Shown: positions 1 through 9,638 of the stretch, one piece after another | How positions within the stretch are numbered: position 1 is the first letter of the stretch | How the letters are laid out: the number at the start of each line of letters is the position of its first letter | Assembly (NCBI RefSeq): GCF_000341395.1 | Contig: NC_020304.1 | Span: forward strand, 150,001 to 182,000 | DNA from: Desulfocapsa sulfexigens DSM 10523 | Lineage (GTDB): Bacteria; Desulfobacterota; Desulfobulbia; Desulfobulbales; Desulfocapsaceae | Reading direction: 5' to 3' | Length of the DNA stretch: 32,000 bases | Position numbers and translations under genes: made by a program | The notes under the pieces: generated by a model | What the model was told of the DNA's origin: nothing | Database searches by the model: none | Seen by the model: the letters and a program-made list of their open reading frames with translations, nothing else

Positions 1-135
1 CCCGGCCCGTCTGTTTTTCTCAACGACAGTCACATCATAGCCGAGACCGGCAAGGATTATCCCCGAGCTTAAACCGCCGATACCTGATCCGACAATGACC
101 AGCTTTTCAGCGTCATGCTTCACTCCTGCCCTCAC
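1..135 (-). CDS. N-terminus of FAD/NAD(P)-binding oxidoreductase, phytoene desaturase (CrtI)-like or related amine-oxidase-fold protein; truncated by window edge
   Basis: Not in ORF track. Manual minus-strand translation from GTG at 135: (V/M)RAGVKHDAEKLVIVGSGIGGLSSGIILAGLGYDVTVVEKNRRAG. It shows the dinucleotide-binding GxGxxG and a terminal acidic residue (VVEKN). The start overlaps the preceding stop as GTGA (135..132). Confidence 0.8.
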   Translation of the reverse strand, partial: MRAGVKHDAEKLVIVGSGIGGLSSGIILAGLGYDVTVVEKNRRAG

Positions 136-1166
136 GGTTCACTTTTTTGATTCCGCCAGCAGGTGGGATCGGAGGCAAGATAATCGCCGGTAAGCTGATA
201 GGCTGCTCCACGGCAGCCGTAACACTCCTCGGCCTTATCGCAGTCCCTGCATTCACCCCTAATCATCTCCCGATAATTCTTGAGATTCTGAATAACTTCA
301 CTATTCTTCAAAATATGTGCAAGGCTGTTGTTGCGGATATTATCCAAGGGAATGGTCACCCCGACGCAGGGCATCACATCACCGGTTGCGGTCAGGAGGC
401 AGGACACCTGATGGCGCATACATTTATTCCCGACAAGGGGAGGCTGGGGCTCCCACTCACGACCATACGTTTCCTGGTCAATTGCAGACAGCTCTGCAAA
501 CAGATTTTTCAATTTTTCAGAATCAACGGTGAGCCAGCTATTTGTAATGGCATTTGCCTGGGGGGTGATCACCTCAAAATAAGGCTCCATTTTCTGGTCT
601 CGAATCCACTTCCACATCTCGACCAGTTCATCAAAGTTTGTCTGGCAAATCACCGTTGAAAGAGCAAGGAAGAGATCAGAAGAGGGGTACCCTGCAACTT
701 TCAGATTAGCAAAGGCAGTTTGAATAATATCATAGGCCCCTTCCCTTCCTGCCAGGCGATCCTGTACTTCCCGTTTCATGGAGTTCAGTTTTAATACCAC
801 CCGGACTTTCAGTTTTGCCAAAAGCTGTGCAAGCTCACCATCCACTCCGGTTCCATTGGTAAACATTTCAATTTGAAAACCATGGTCATCCAGAAATCTC
901 AGCATCTCAGGAAGATGTGGATAGATACTCGGCTCTCCACCCAGGATAATAATCTTTCTGGCCCCGAGCGCCTTGGCCTGAAGAAGCACATCCTTCAGCT
1001 CATCTTTTGTCAGTTCCCCTCTGCACTCCTTCTTCTCGGGCACATAACAGTATGAACAGCGAAAATTACAGATACGACTGAACTCTATTTCCATTGACAG
1101 GAGCCTGTCTTCGGCCACTGCGTTTTTTATTTCTTCTTCAGTAAATTCAAGATTATATAGCTGCAT
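132..1166 (-). CDS. Radical SAM protein with SPASM-like C-terminal Cys cluster
   Basis: CNFRCSYC (CxxxCxxC) near the N-terminus, GGEPSIYP motif, and C-terminal Cys-rich region CMRHQVSC...CRDCDKAEECYGCRGAAY. Confidence 0.93.
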   Translation of the reverse strand: MQLYNLEFTEEEIKNAVAEDRLLSMEIEFSRICNFRCSYCYVPEKKECRGELTKDELKDVLLQAKALGARKIIILGGEPSIYPHLPEMLRFLDDHGFQIEMFTNGTGVDGELAQLLAKLKVRVVLKLNSMKREVQDRLAGREGAYDIIQTAFANLKVAGYPSSDLFLALSTVICQTNFDELVEMWKWIRDQKMEPYFEVITPQANAITNSWLTVDSEKLKNLFAELSAIDQETYGREWEPQPPLVGNKCMRHQVSCLLTATGDVMPCVGVTIPLDNIRNNSLAHILKNSEVIQNLKNYREMIRGECRDCDKAEECYGCRGAAYQLTGDYLASDPTCWRNQKSEP

Positions 1167-1181
1167 ATCATTCTTTTATAT

Positions 1182-2678
1182 TTAATAATCATTTAGATCG
1201 GTAAAAGTATTCATCCGTTCCAGACGTTCTATTTCCCGTTTATAGCGCCCCTGCCACCCATATTTTCTCATCACCCGACGATAGTGCAGTTTCAAAATCG
1301 GCTTAAAGGCAAAGAGCCATATCCATGTCCAGAGCTTTCCCTGTTTTTTTACAGTGTTGGGTGGTTTCCACCAACCAAGCACAATCTGTCGCTGATACCA
1401 GAAGTGGTACTGTAACGCATCTGAGTCAAGAAAGTTAGTCCGAACATTAGCCCAAAGTCCATTATATTTTTTCAGATCTGTCCTATTCGTAACCAGGTCC
1501 AAAGACAAAAGATGCTCACGCATACCCGTTTTGGGATAGGGGGTAATAATCTGGCAATAGGCCGCGTCAGCTCCAATCTCCTTAAAAAACTGGTAATTTT
1601 CCGTAATGGATTCCACATCATCCTCGGGAAACCCAAAGATAAGTCCGCCAATCACCATCATTCCATATTTATGACAGTTATCAATGGCCTTCCTGGAAGC
1701 AGCGACGATATCACCCTTGCCCGCTGCACTGAGATTCTTTTTGGAACCATTTTCTATACCCAGAAAAACAGAGCAAAACCCCGCCGCAGCCATTTTCGCC
1801 ACCATATCTTCCCGCATTGCCATGGTGACACAGTCTGCCTGAACAAAGAACTTCAGCTTTTTATAGCCCCTGGCGATAATGGCATCACAAAGCTCAATTA
1901 CCCGTTTCGGGTTGAGTACCATATTGTCATCGGTGATAAAGATGGAACGTACCTTGCGATTAAAATAGATATCATCAATATCTTCGAGCACCCGGCTTAT
2001 GGGATAGATACGAAAACTTCGCCCGTACATATTTTTCATGCTGCAGAAGTTGCATGACCGGGTGCAGCCCCGGGACGTTTCCAGAGTTTCTATACTGGCA
2101 TTCATCAGATGATAGCCCCAGGTCAACCTGCGTTTATCACGGATGGGGAGCTTTATCGTTTTAAGGTCAAGATTTTCCGCCCGAGGGTTATGGATAAACT
2201 TTCCGTCACTCTCGTTGCGAAACGAAAGTCCGGGGATATCCGAAAACGTATCTTTTCCTGCAAGTCCATTTACCAGACGCCTGCATACCTCTTCCCCCTC
2301 ACCTCGTACGATATAATCGATCCATCGGGACTGGGGAGAATCAGCTATTTCCTCTGCCATCAAAGTCGCGTGATAGCCGCCGATAACAATCTGTATATCA
2401 GGATGCATATCCTTGATCAAATGGGCAATTTTAATGCAGGTATCGTACTGCCAGGCCATGGCCGACAGGCCGACCAGATCCGGTTTTATTTTACCTATAA
2501 TTTTAGTCAGATATTTTTTTACCGAACGCCGTTTCCGGATAAGGTCGACCAGAAAAACCTCATGTTCCGAATCAATATTACCGCCAATACTTGCAATACC
2601 AAGGTTTGGTATATGCACGGCTGCCTCATGGACAAGCACTGGGACCACATCGGGCATGGAAACCAGTAAAACCTTCAC
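1182..2678 (-). CDS. B12-binding-domain radical SAM protein
   Basis: N-terminal cobalamin-binding-like Rossmann domain (KVLLVSMPD...PDLVGLSAMAW...IQIVIGGYHATL) followed by SRGCTRSCNFC. ORF track gives 2696, but GTG at 2678 forms a GTGA overlap with the upstream stop, so I prefer that start. Confidence 0.92.
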   Translation of the reverse strand: MKVLLVSMPDVVPVLVHEAAVHIPNLGIASIGGNIDSEHEVFLVDLIRKRRSVKKYLTKIIGKIKPDLVGLSAMAWQYDTCIKIAHLIKDMHPDIQIVIGGYHATLMAEEIADSPQSRWIDYIVRGEGEEVCRRLVNGLAGKDTFSDIPGLSFRNESDGKFIHNPRAENLDLKTIKLPIRDKRRLTWGYHLMNASIETLETSRGCTRSCNFCSMKNMYGRSFRIYPISRVLEDIDDIYFNRKVRSIFITDDNMVLNPKRVIELCDAIIARGYKKLKFFVQADCVTMAMREDMVAKMAAAGFCSVFLGIENGSKKNLSAAGKGDIVAASRKAIDNCHKYGMMVIGGLIFGFPEDDVESITENYQFFKEIGADAAYCQIITPYPKTGMREHLLSLDLVTNRTDLKKYNGLWANVRTNFLDSDALQYHFWYQRQIVLGWWKPPNTVKKQGKLWTWIWLFAFKPILKLHYRRVMRKYGWQGRYKREIERLERMNTFTDLNDY

Positions 2679-3469
2679 CGCCCTCCCTCCATGCAACTGC
2701 CATCGGATTCAAAAATCTGGCGAACCTTTTTCTCAAGGGCCGTGGCAGATATCCTTCCCGCATCCACTCCAGGATCGAGACAGCCAATACTCTTCATTCG
2801 TATGTGGTTATGCACCCTGGTATTAAAAAAAAACTTTCCCGGAGTAAACAGTTTATCACTATTACAGAGGCTCAACACATGAACAGGACATCTATACATA
2901 CGGGCTATCTTAAAGACGCCCCTATGAAAATCACCAAGATGAGAAGCCGTGTTTCTGGTTCCTTCAGGAAAGACGAAGAGATTGCCACCATTTTTAAAAT
3001 AACTTCCCATATTTTCCACCTGAGCTATCATCCTTTTTGCATGAGCGCCTTCTGTAGTTGCAGGAAGATAGCCGGAAACCTTGAGTAACCAGCCGAAAAC
3101 AGGTGCATGAAAAAATTTCGTCTTTACAATGGTCTTGTTTTGAGGCAACTGAGAAATCAGGAGAAGCGGATCAAGATAGGAGAGATGATTACAAACTATG
3201 ATGGCACCGTGAATTTCCCTTATTTTTCGATCAATCTCCCATATATGCCTCGGTACCAGGGTGCGGAGGAGCCAGAAGAATCCTTTAAAAAACAGATGAT
3301 CGAGATACTGAAAGGCCCGCTCCCTGTCTCTCGCGAAGAAAAAGACAGCCAGATAAAAAAAGGAGAAGAACAGCAGGAAGGCAAAGATAAAATAAAACCA
3401 GCAGACAAGGGTCACCACAACATCACTGATCCTGTCCATAAAGCTTCCCTGCAACTTATTCCCGGCCAT
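2675..3469 (-). CDS. 1-acyl-sn-glycerol-3-phosphate acyltransferase-like (PlsC family)
   Basis: NHLSYLD (NHx4D-type) and FPEGTRN motifs with an N-terminal hydrophobic segment. Start may be the internal Met at 3439. Confidence 0.9.
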   Translation of the reverse strand: MAGNKLQGSFMDRISDVVVTLVCWFYFIFAFLLFFSFFYLAVFFFARDRERAFQYLDHLFFKGFFWLLRTLVPRHIWEIDRKIREIHGAIIVCNHLSYLDPLLLISQLPQNKTIVKTKFFHAPVFGWLLKVSGYLPATTEGAHAKRMIAQVENMGSYFKNGGNLFVFPEGTRNTASHLGDFHRGVFKIARMYRCPVHVLSLCNSDKLFTPGKFFFNTRVHNHIRMKSIGCLDPGVDAGRISATALEKKVRQIFESDGSCMEGGR

Positions 3470-4694
3470 CTGTTACAAGCAGACAGGTGTTCACTCCACC
3501 AAAGGCAAAATTCTGAATGGCAGCGGTACGGGTTTCAGTCTCTGTTACTTCGCGAAGGTGCCGCAGCATTGCACAGCGTGGATCTACGTTTTCAAGATTC
3601 AGGGTTGGAGCCAGAAAGCCTTCCTCCATCATATACAGACTTAAAATGAGTTCAATAGCGCCGCAGGTTCCCATGGTATGGCCCATATAACTTTTCAGGC
3701 CAGCCACCCAGGGTTTGTCTCCGTACACTTCTGCAATAGCCTGTGATTCAATCACGTCACCCATCTTGGTTGCCGTGGCGTGGGCAGAAATAAAATCAAT
3801 ATCGGCAGGTTTTCTGCCTGCATCCTCTAGAGCCAGACTGAGCGTTGCCGTTATCCCGCCCAGATTGGGAAGAATAAGATCACCGCCATTATTGTTGCAG
3901 GCAAAACCAATCACCTCACCTAGTATCAGGGCTCCGCGAGCCCTGGCATGTTCATACTCTTCAAGGAGTACAGCAGCCCCGCCTTCTCCCACCACCAGAC
4001 CATCACGATTCACATCGAAGGGACGGGGAGTACATTCGGGGGTGTCATTATAGTCCACGGAACAGGCGAGAAGATTATCAAAAACTGCCACCGTTGTGGT
4101 GTCATACTCATCGGCACCTCCCGCGATCATTGCATCCTGCATCCCAAATTTCACCATTTCATAGGCAAAGCCAATGGACTGGCTCGATGTGGTACAGGCA
4201 GTGGATGAGGCCACCACACGTCCCGTAATTCCATACATCCTGGTGATATTTACAGCGGTGGTGTGCACCATGGATTTCAGGTAATCCACGGCACCGATGG
4301 AGGAAAACTTTGATTGATCGTCACTGAAAAAGGTCTTGTAGATATTGCGTTGCACCGTAGGACTGCCATGGGTTGAGCTGAAGGAGACCCCTAAACGACC
4401 GGAACGGATAAACTCCTGATCCAATCCGGATGCAGCCAGAACATCACCGGCGACCTTGCAGGCGTAATAGGCGACGGGCCCCATGGTTTTGGTATCCTTG
4501 CGTGCAAACCCAAAATCAATGGGATAATCAACGGTACCGAATACTTTCGAGTGGATACGCTCCGTGAGCAGACCATCATCCCGCAGGGCTTTAACCCCAG
4601 ACTTCCCCCGGCGCAGACTCTCTACAATGGCATCTTTTCCGTAGCCAATGGGGGTAATGGCAGAACAGGCGGTGATAACGACTCGTCTTGTCAT
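3456..4694 (-). CDS. Beta-ketoacyl-ACP synthase (FabF-like ketosynthase)
   Basis: Active Cys in STACTTSSQ, His in SAHATATKMGD, His in KSYMGHTMG, C-terminal NFAFGGVN. Confidence 0.95.
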   Translation of the reverse strand: MTRRVVITACSAITPIGYGKDAIVESLRRGKSGVKALRDDGLLTERIHSKVFGTVDYPIDFGFARKDTKTMGPVAYYACKVAGDVLAASGLDQEFIRSGRLGVSFSSTHGSPTVQRNIYKTFFSDDQSKFSSIGAVDYLKSMVHTTAVNITRMYGITGRVVASSTACTTSSQSIGFAYEMVKFGMQDAMIAGGADEYDTTTVAVFDNLLACSVDYNDTPECTPRPFDVNRDGLVVGEGGAAVLLEEYEHARARGALILGEVIGFACNNNGGDLILPNLGGITATLSLALEDAGRKPADIDFISAHATATKMGDVIESQAIAEVYGDKPWVAGLKSYMGHTMGTCGAIELILSLYMMEEGFLAPTLNLENVDPRCAMLRHLREVTETETRTAAIQNFAFGGVNTCLLVTDGRE

Positions 4695-4708
4695 AAGGGA
4701 ATCACCAA

Positions 4709-4966
4709 TCAGCTACTGTGGGCAGTCTGGATGGTCTCGATGTAATCGAGGATATCACTGATGGTACGGATACTCATCGCCTGTTCCTTTTCTTTTCGTG
4801 ATATTTGATAACCGAGCATGTCTTCGATTTTCGCAAGCAATTCAATGGCATCAATACTATCAAAGCCGTGATCATCTCTAAGGTTATCGGTTAATCCCGG
4901 ATCCTCAAATTCAAATTCGTCTACTAAAATTGCTACGATTTTTCCCTGCAGTTCATCTCTTGTCAT
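4709..4966 (-). CDS. Acyl carrier protein
   Basis: 85 aa with 4'-phosphopantetheine site GFDSIDAIELLAKIE, acidic small protein adjacent to KS. Confidence 0.93.
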   Translation of the reverse strand: MTRDELQGKIVAILVDEFEFEDPGLTDNLRDDHGFDSIDAIELLAKIEDMLGYQISRKEKEQAMSIRTISDILDYIETIQTAHSS

Positions 4967-5201
4967 GGTGTTTTTGTATGTTTGAATAGTTTCAATCTAA
5001 GCTTTTTTACTGTTTGATACTACACAGTTTCCCGATAAAATGAAAACAGAATGTTCACCCCCCAAAGGGGAACTGAAAAAAGCATGAGAAATGTGGGCTA
5101 ATGATATTTGACAGCTCATTCCGAATAAGAGATACTACAATTATGGTAAAGTATTTGTAAACCAAAAGACACACCGAGACAACGCCCTGGAAGATCAGAA
5201 T

Positions 5202-6308
5202 ATGAATGCCACAAACATGCGTTCCAAGCCCAAGTTAATTGGGGACCTACTCGACATCATACACAATGCGGTCATTGTCATTAACTCTCAAAACAGAATC
5301 GTTTATGCAAACAGTCGTACTGCTGTGATGTTCAGGACATCGGTTGCCGAACTCCAGGATAATGACATCTTCCACCTCTTCATGCCGGATGATACCGAAA
5401 TAATGGTAAGCAATATCCTCCATATTACGCGAAATGAGCGTGAATTCGAGGGTGAAGCAATGCTGAAGCGCATGGACGGCAGTAGTTTTATGGGACTTAT
5501 CTCCGGGACCTCGTTCCAATGGGATGAAAATCAGGACGGAATAGCCTTCTCAATCCATGACATTACTGATATGAAAGCCATTGAGCGCTCTCTGAGACAT
5601 TCAGAGCGAATGGCCTTCCTTGGTAACCTGATAGATGACATCAGCCATCAGATCCGTAACCCTATCATGGTTATCGGAGGCTTTGCCAAACGCCTTGATG
5701 CACTAAATAATTCACCAAAGGAAACCAAAGCCATAATCAGTGAATCCAGACGCCTTGAGGACCTTCTTGATACTCTTAACAACTTTATGCATCTGCCAAG
5801 CCCGGACACAAAACGTGTCCCCATGGGTGATCTTATACACATTGCAGAAACATTCCTGCGCGACACCGTAGAGGCCTGCAGCTGTAACTGGTTCAGTGAG
5901 TACGCTGACAACATAGGTGAAGAGGAACTGCTGCTCGACCTAAGTCTCATCACCAAAGCCCTGGAAGCTGTCATACTAAACGGTTGTGAATCCTACGATT
6001 GCAGCACAGCCGCGAACAGGGATATTATTTTCAAAATCCATCACTCCAATAATCCCACCCACCCCTATGATATTGAAATCACAGACCGTGGTGCCGGGAT
6101 ATCCAGCACCGTTTTTCCGCATATTTTTGACCATTTTTATTCAAACAAAACCAAACATATTGGAATGGGACTGACCTTCGCCCAGAGAATTGTCGAGGAA
6201 CAGCGAGGCACACTGAGCATAACTTCCAAGGTCAGCAAAGGCAGCACCGTCAGCTTCCATTTGGTAAAAGAGAGACGACGCCCCATCCGTACCACAAAGT
6301 TTCACTAA
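5202..6308 (+). CDS. PAS-domain sensor histidine kinase without receiver domain
   Basis: PAS domain (NAVIVINSQNRIVYANSRTAVMF), H-box DDISHQIRNPIMVIGGF, ATPase motifs (EITDRGAGI, GMGLTFAQRIVEEQRG). Confidence 0.92.
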   Translation: MNATNMRSKPKLIGDLLDIIHNAVIVINSQNRIVYANSRTAVMFRTSVAELQDNDIFHLFMPDDTEIMVSNILHITRNEREFEGEAMLKRMDGSSFMGLISGTSFQWDENQDGIAFSIHDITDMKAIERSLRHSERMAFLGNLIDDISHQIRNPIMVIGGFAKRLDALNNSPKETKAIISESRRLEDLLDTLNNFMHLPSPDTKRVPMGDLIHIAETFLRDTVEACSCNWFSEYADNIGEEELLLDLSLITKALEAVILNGCESYDCSTAANRDIIFKIHHSNNPTHPYDIEITDRGAGISSTVFPHIFDHFYSNKTKHIGMGLTFAQRIVEEQRGTLSITSKVSKGSTVSFHLVKERRRPIRTTKFH

Positions 6309-6325
6309 GCATTGAACCACAGACC

Positions 6326-7195
6326 CTACAGGATAAAACGATCAAAGTGATACCACTCCAGGGGGTGAGCACGAAGTTGCTCTTCAAGTAAATCAGCGTA
6401 CTGCTGTGCAGCCTTCTGGATAGTTCTTTTCCGTTCCGATCTCTGCTCACAATGAATATAGAGAGGATCGGCAAGACTGAACTGATAGCTGTTTTTTCCG
6501 GTACGAAAACTGTAAAAGCAAAAGATAGGGGCACCGGATACCATGGCAAAAATGTAGGGAGCTTCAGGAACTCTGGCCCTGCCGCCGAGGAAATCAACCT
6601 CCATACTGCGCTGATCTCCGCGCCAGACGATATCCCCGGTCATGGAGATAAGACCGCCATCCTGCAGCAAACGAATCCCCTCAACGGCATCAAAGGGGGA
6701 GCCGCCGTCCCGTGGAGCCCCGATTATCCGCACTCCGGAATCCTGGAGCTGCTCCTTCTGGAGTCCTTCCACTCCTTCCTTTTCCTTCACTCCCATATAG
6801 AGAAGAAGCTTCAACGTCTCTTCCTGCTGCTGCAGGAGCTGGGCTGCTATCTCCCAGTTCCCAAGGTGAGACATCAGCAGAATGGCACCTTTTTCACCTA
6901 CCACGGCCTCCAGCTTTTCCCAGCCATCCGATGTAAAGGTCGTTTTCTGACCATGGTTTGCCAGGAAACGATCATAATGAATGGTAGTGAAATTCTGATA
7001 CTGGCGAAAGGTGCAGAGGCTGTGAAAGAAACCACTTTTCCGGGGATAGAGAAGACCATAGAACCTACGGCTCTCCTTTGCGTTTTCTGAGAAAAGAAAA
7101 TACCCCGCAGCGATGGATCTGGATACGACGACAAAGAGCCAGGAACCACAGATTCTGGTCATTGTCTCAAGAAATCCGTACCAGAAACCCTTCAT
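6326..7195 (-). CDS. Lipid A biosynthesis-type lauroyl/myristoyl acyltransferase-like protein (LpxL/HtrB superfamily)
   Basis: MSHLGNWEIAAQLL (HxxxxE-type motif), SMTGDIVWRGDQRSMEVDFLGGRARVPEAPYIFAMVSGAPI region. ATGA overlap with downstream gene. Confidence 0.85.
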   Translation of the reverse strand: MKGFWYGFLETMTRICGSWLFVVVSRSIAAGYFLFSENAKESRRFYGLLYPRKSGFFHSLCTFRQYQNFTTIHYDRFLANHGQKTTFTSDGWEKLEAVVGEKGAILLMSHLGNWEIAAQLLQQQEETLKLLLYMGVKEKEGVEGLQKEQLQDSGVRIIGAPRDGGSPFDAVEGIRLLQDGGLISMTGDIVWRGDQRSMEVDFLGGRARVPEAPYIFAMVSGAPIFCFYSFRTGKNSYQFSLADPLYIHCEQRSERKRTIQKAAQQYADLLEEQLRAHPLEWYHFDRFIL

Positions 7196-7908
7196 TTTTG
7201 TTTCCAGGAGGCAGAAAAAATCCGTTTACAGATCAACCTGCTAAATGTGGCACTGTTCCGTAAAAAATCTTTCCAGGGGTGAAAATGGGAAATGCGCTCC
7301 TTCCCTTTCTGGTAAATAACCTGGACCGGAGTTTCAACAACCGGGATCCCCATGCGATGAGCAGTGACCAGTACTTCAACCTCAAACTGGAAACGTCTGG
7401 CACGGACATCCAGTTCAAGAATTTCAGGGAGCGGGTAGAGCCTGAATCCTGACTGGGAGTCACTTATTCGCGGCCCACCGGACAACCACACCCAGAAGTT
7501 TGAAAACCCCCTCCCGAACCGAGATGTCCACGGAACATTTATCCCATCCATTCCCTGCCTCGATCCGACCACAATGGGACGGTCTTCCCCCTTTACCACA
7601 GCAAGGAGATTTTCTATATCTTCAGCTTTGTGCTGTCCGTCTGCGTCGAGTGTGACCGCCCAGTCAAAAGAGTCCTTAGCCGAGAAAAAGCCTGTTCGTA
7701 ATGCCGCGCCCTTTCCCATGTTCCGCGGGTGGGTCAGCACCGTAATCCCCTTTATGGAAGAGAGCGTTTCAGCAGTCTGATCCGTTGATCCATCATCTAC
7801 AACAATGACCGGGTAGCCAAGAGCCGCAGTCTCCCGCACCACATCACTGATACGCGTCCCGTGGTTATAGGCCGGAATGACGATGACAACTGCATCACGA
7901 TTCAACAC
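7192..7908 (-). CDS. Glycosyltransferase family 2 (dolichol-phosphate mannosyltransferase-like)
   Basis: AVVIVIPAYNHGTRISDVV...VIVVDDGSTDQTAE...TLDADGQH. ORF track extends to 8052, but GTG at 7908 overlaps the stop of the preceding CDS (7902) by only 7 nt and precedes the first conserved strand. Confidence 0.9.
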   Translation of the reverse strand: MLNRDAVVIVIPAYNHGTRISDVVRETAALGYPVIVVDDGSTDQTAETLSSIKGITVLTHPRNMGKGAALRTGFFSAKDSFDWAVTLDADGQHKAEDIENLLAVVKGEDRPIVVGSRQGMDGINVPWTSRFGRGFSNFWVWLSGGPRISDSQSGFRLYPLPEILELDVRARRFQFEVEVLVTAHRMGIPVVETPVQVIYQKGKERISHFHPWKDFLRNSATFSRLICKRIFSASWKQK

Positions 7909-9638
7909 CCGGCACCTCTCTTTGTTGCAAAGGCGATGCTCCAGGTGCCAGGACCCATATGAACGCCTGAAGTGAGAGATAGGGGAACGAGCAGAATCTC
8001 CGCCTTTGGGACCTCCTCCCGTATCTGCGGCTCCACGACACTTTCCAGCCATTCCCTGTTATCCGTATACTGCAGCAGCACCAGCAGAGCAGATTCTTTA
8101 TGATTCGATGCGCCAAGCCGCTTCTTTGCAAAATCCAACTGGGCCTCAGCATTTCGAACCACACCAACCTTGGCAACCCCTTCAAAACCAGGAGTGATGA
8201 CAGGTTTCATCTGCAGAAGATCCCCAAAAAATCCCTTTGCTCTGGAAACACGCCCACCGGACACCAGATATTTCAGTTCATGGATAAAAACGTACTCTTC
8301 CGCTTTCCTGGTGAGTTTTTCTGCATAGTCCACCACTGCATCGACACCAGCACCTCCCTCTGCAAAGCGGGCCGTCAGAAGAGCGATTACGGCTAATCGT
8401 CCAGAAGCGGCACCGCTATCAAGAACCATAAACCGATCATCTGAATCGTTATTTTTCTTCCACTCTCTGGCAGTGACAAAATTTCCGGTGAAGGCAGAAC
8501 CGGTACTGAGATAGAGCACTTTTTCATACTGCTGGATCGCTGCCCGATAGTGAAGATGCCGTTCATGGCTTGATGCCTGGGCAGTGCTGACACGTGCTCC
8601 CCCCCTCATCAGAGTATAGAGTTGTTCAGGGAAGAAAAGGCTCTCCGGCAGGGCCTGATCTCCGGCAACTATATAACTGTCGAGAAGGATAATTCCGTGA
8701 CCACGGGCAAGTGTCAAAGGAATGGAGCCTGCTGCATCGCTCATAATCCTGATACGGTTTGCAACAAAGGATTTCTGCCTACCCGCCGTAATCATAGGGT
8801 CCATGGCCTCATCCGACCAGTTCACAAGATCTCCCAGCAGGGAGAGATTACCGCGTAATGTCTCCGGATCCCGGGTGTGGATATGCAGTTTCACTCCGGC
8901 GCCATCCTGGACAACCACGGCACTGTTTCCCAGATTTGCTATCTTTTCTGTAAGATCATCCCCTGTTCCGCTGGTTGCAAGTAATGCCTCAACGCAATAC
9001 TCACCGCTTGCCTGGGGATAATAAGAAGCGTCGATGGAAAGGGTATCACCAAAGAGTTCAACCACCGGGCTTAATTCTGTTTTCTGTCCGCTCAATTCCT
9101 GAAAAAATCCATCAAAAAAGAGAAACATCCCCAAAGCCCCGGAATCAACAACTCCCGCTTCGGAAAGCTCCGCCAGTTGCTCTCTTGTACCCAACACCGT
9201 ACCTTGCAGCTGTGTTCTGATTTTCAACCAGTCACAATCAGTTGGGTTTTCCTCATCGAGCAACAGACAGAGGCTGTCAAAAACAGCAAGCATGGTGCCG
9301 GGTCTGGGATCCGCTATGGCCTGCCAGGCCTTCTCCCTGCCTCTTTTTGCCTGCTGGACCAACCCGGCACCATTGGGATTGAGAAATTCACAAAAGAATG
9401 CCACTGCAATATTACCCGAGTTACCACGGCCACTGGAGGCAAGACGAGCAACAGCAGCTGCCATATCTGTAGCACATTCCCGCAGAGGAGAAAGACTGAG
9501 ACGCAGATTTGCCCCGGTATCACCGTCTGCCACGGGAAAGACATTAATACGGTCAAGAAGCTCGGCCCATACGGCCAGATTTTCATATCCGGCTATGGCG
9601 GCTGCAACACTGTTAGAGGCAAATATAGAATCTTTCAT
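7902..9638 (-). CDS. Fused DAK2/DhaL-like kinase domain + DegV-family (fatty-acid-binding) protein; FakA-N/FakB-like fusion
   Basis: N-terminal INVFPVADGDTGANLRLSL...SGRGNSGN...GVVDSGALGMFLFFDG (DhaL/FakA-like). C-terminal IMSDAAGSIP...LYTLMRGGARVSTAQASSHE...LYLSTGSAFTGNF...KPVI (DegV-like). Confidence 0.85.
   Translation of the reverse strand: MKDSIFASNSVAAAIAGYENLAVWAELLDRINVFPVADGDTGANLRLSLSPLRECATDMAAAVARLASSGRGNSGNIAVAFFCEFLNPNGAGLVQQAKRGREKAWQAIADPRPGTMLAVFDSLCLLLDEENPTDCDWLKIRTQLQGTVLGTREQLAELSEAGVVDSGALGMFLFFDGFFQELSGQKTELSPVVELFGDTLSIDASYYPQASGEYCVEALLATSGTGDDLTEKIANLGNSAVVVQDGAGVKLHIHTRDPETLRGNLSLLGDLVNWSDEAMDPMITAGRQKSFVANRIRIMSDAAGSIPLTLARGHGIILLDSYIVAGDQALPESLFFPEQLYTLMRGGARVSTAQASSHERHLHYRAAIQQYEKVLYLSTGSAFTGNFVTAREWKKNNDSDDRFMVLDSGAASGRLAVIALLTARFAEGGAGVDAVVDYAEKLTRKAEEYVFIHELKYLVSGGRVSRAKGFFGDLLQMKPVITPGFEGVAKVGVVRNAEAQLDFAKKRLGASNHKESALLVLLQYTDNREWLESVVEPQIREEVPKAEILLVPLSLTSGVHMGPGTWSIAFATKRGAGC

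Noticed and set aside
147-659. 170-aa plus-strand ORF antisense to the SPASM radical SAM gene
   Set aside because: Overlaps strongly supported coding sequence with conserved Cys motifs. Translation is low-complexity and family-less.
3107-3649. 180-aa plus-strand ORF antisense to the PlsC-like and KS genes
   Set aside because: No conserved motif. It spans the antisense of two conserved genes, so it is likely a shadow ORF.
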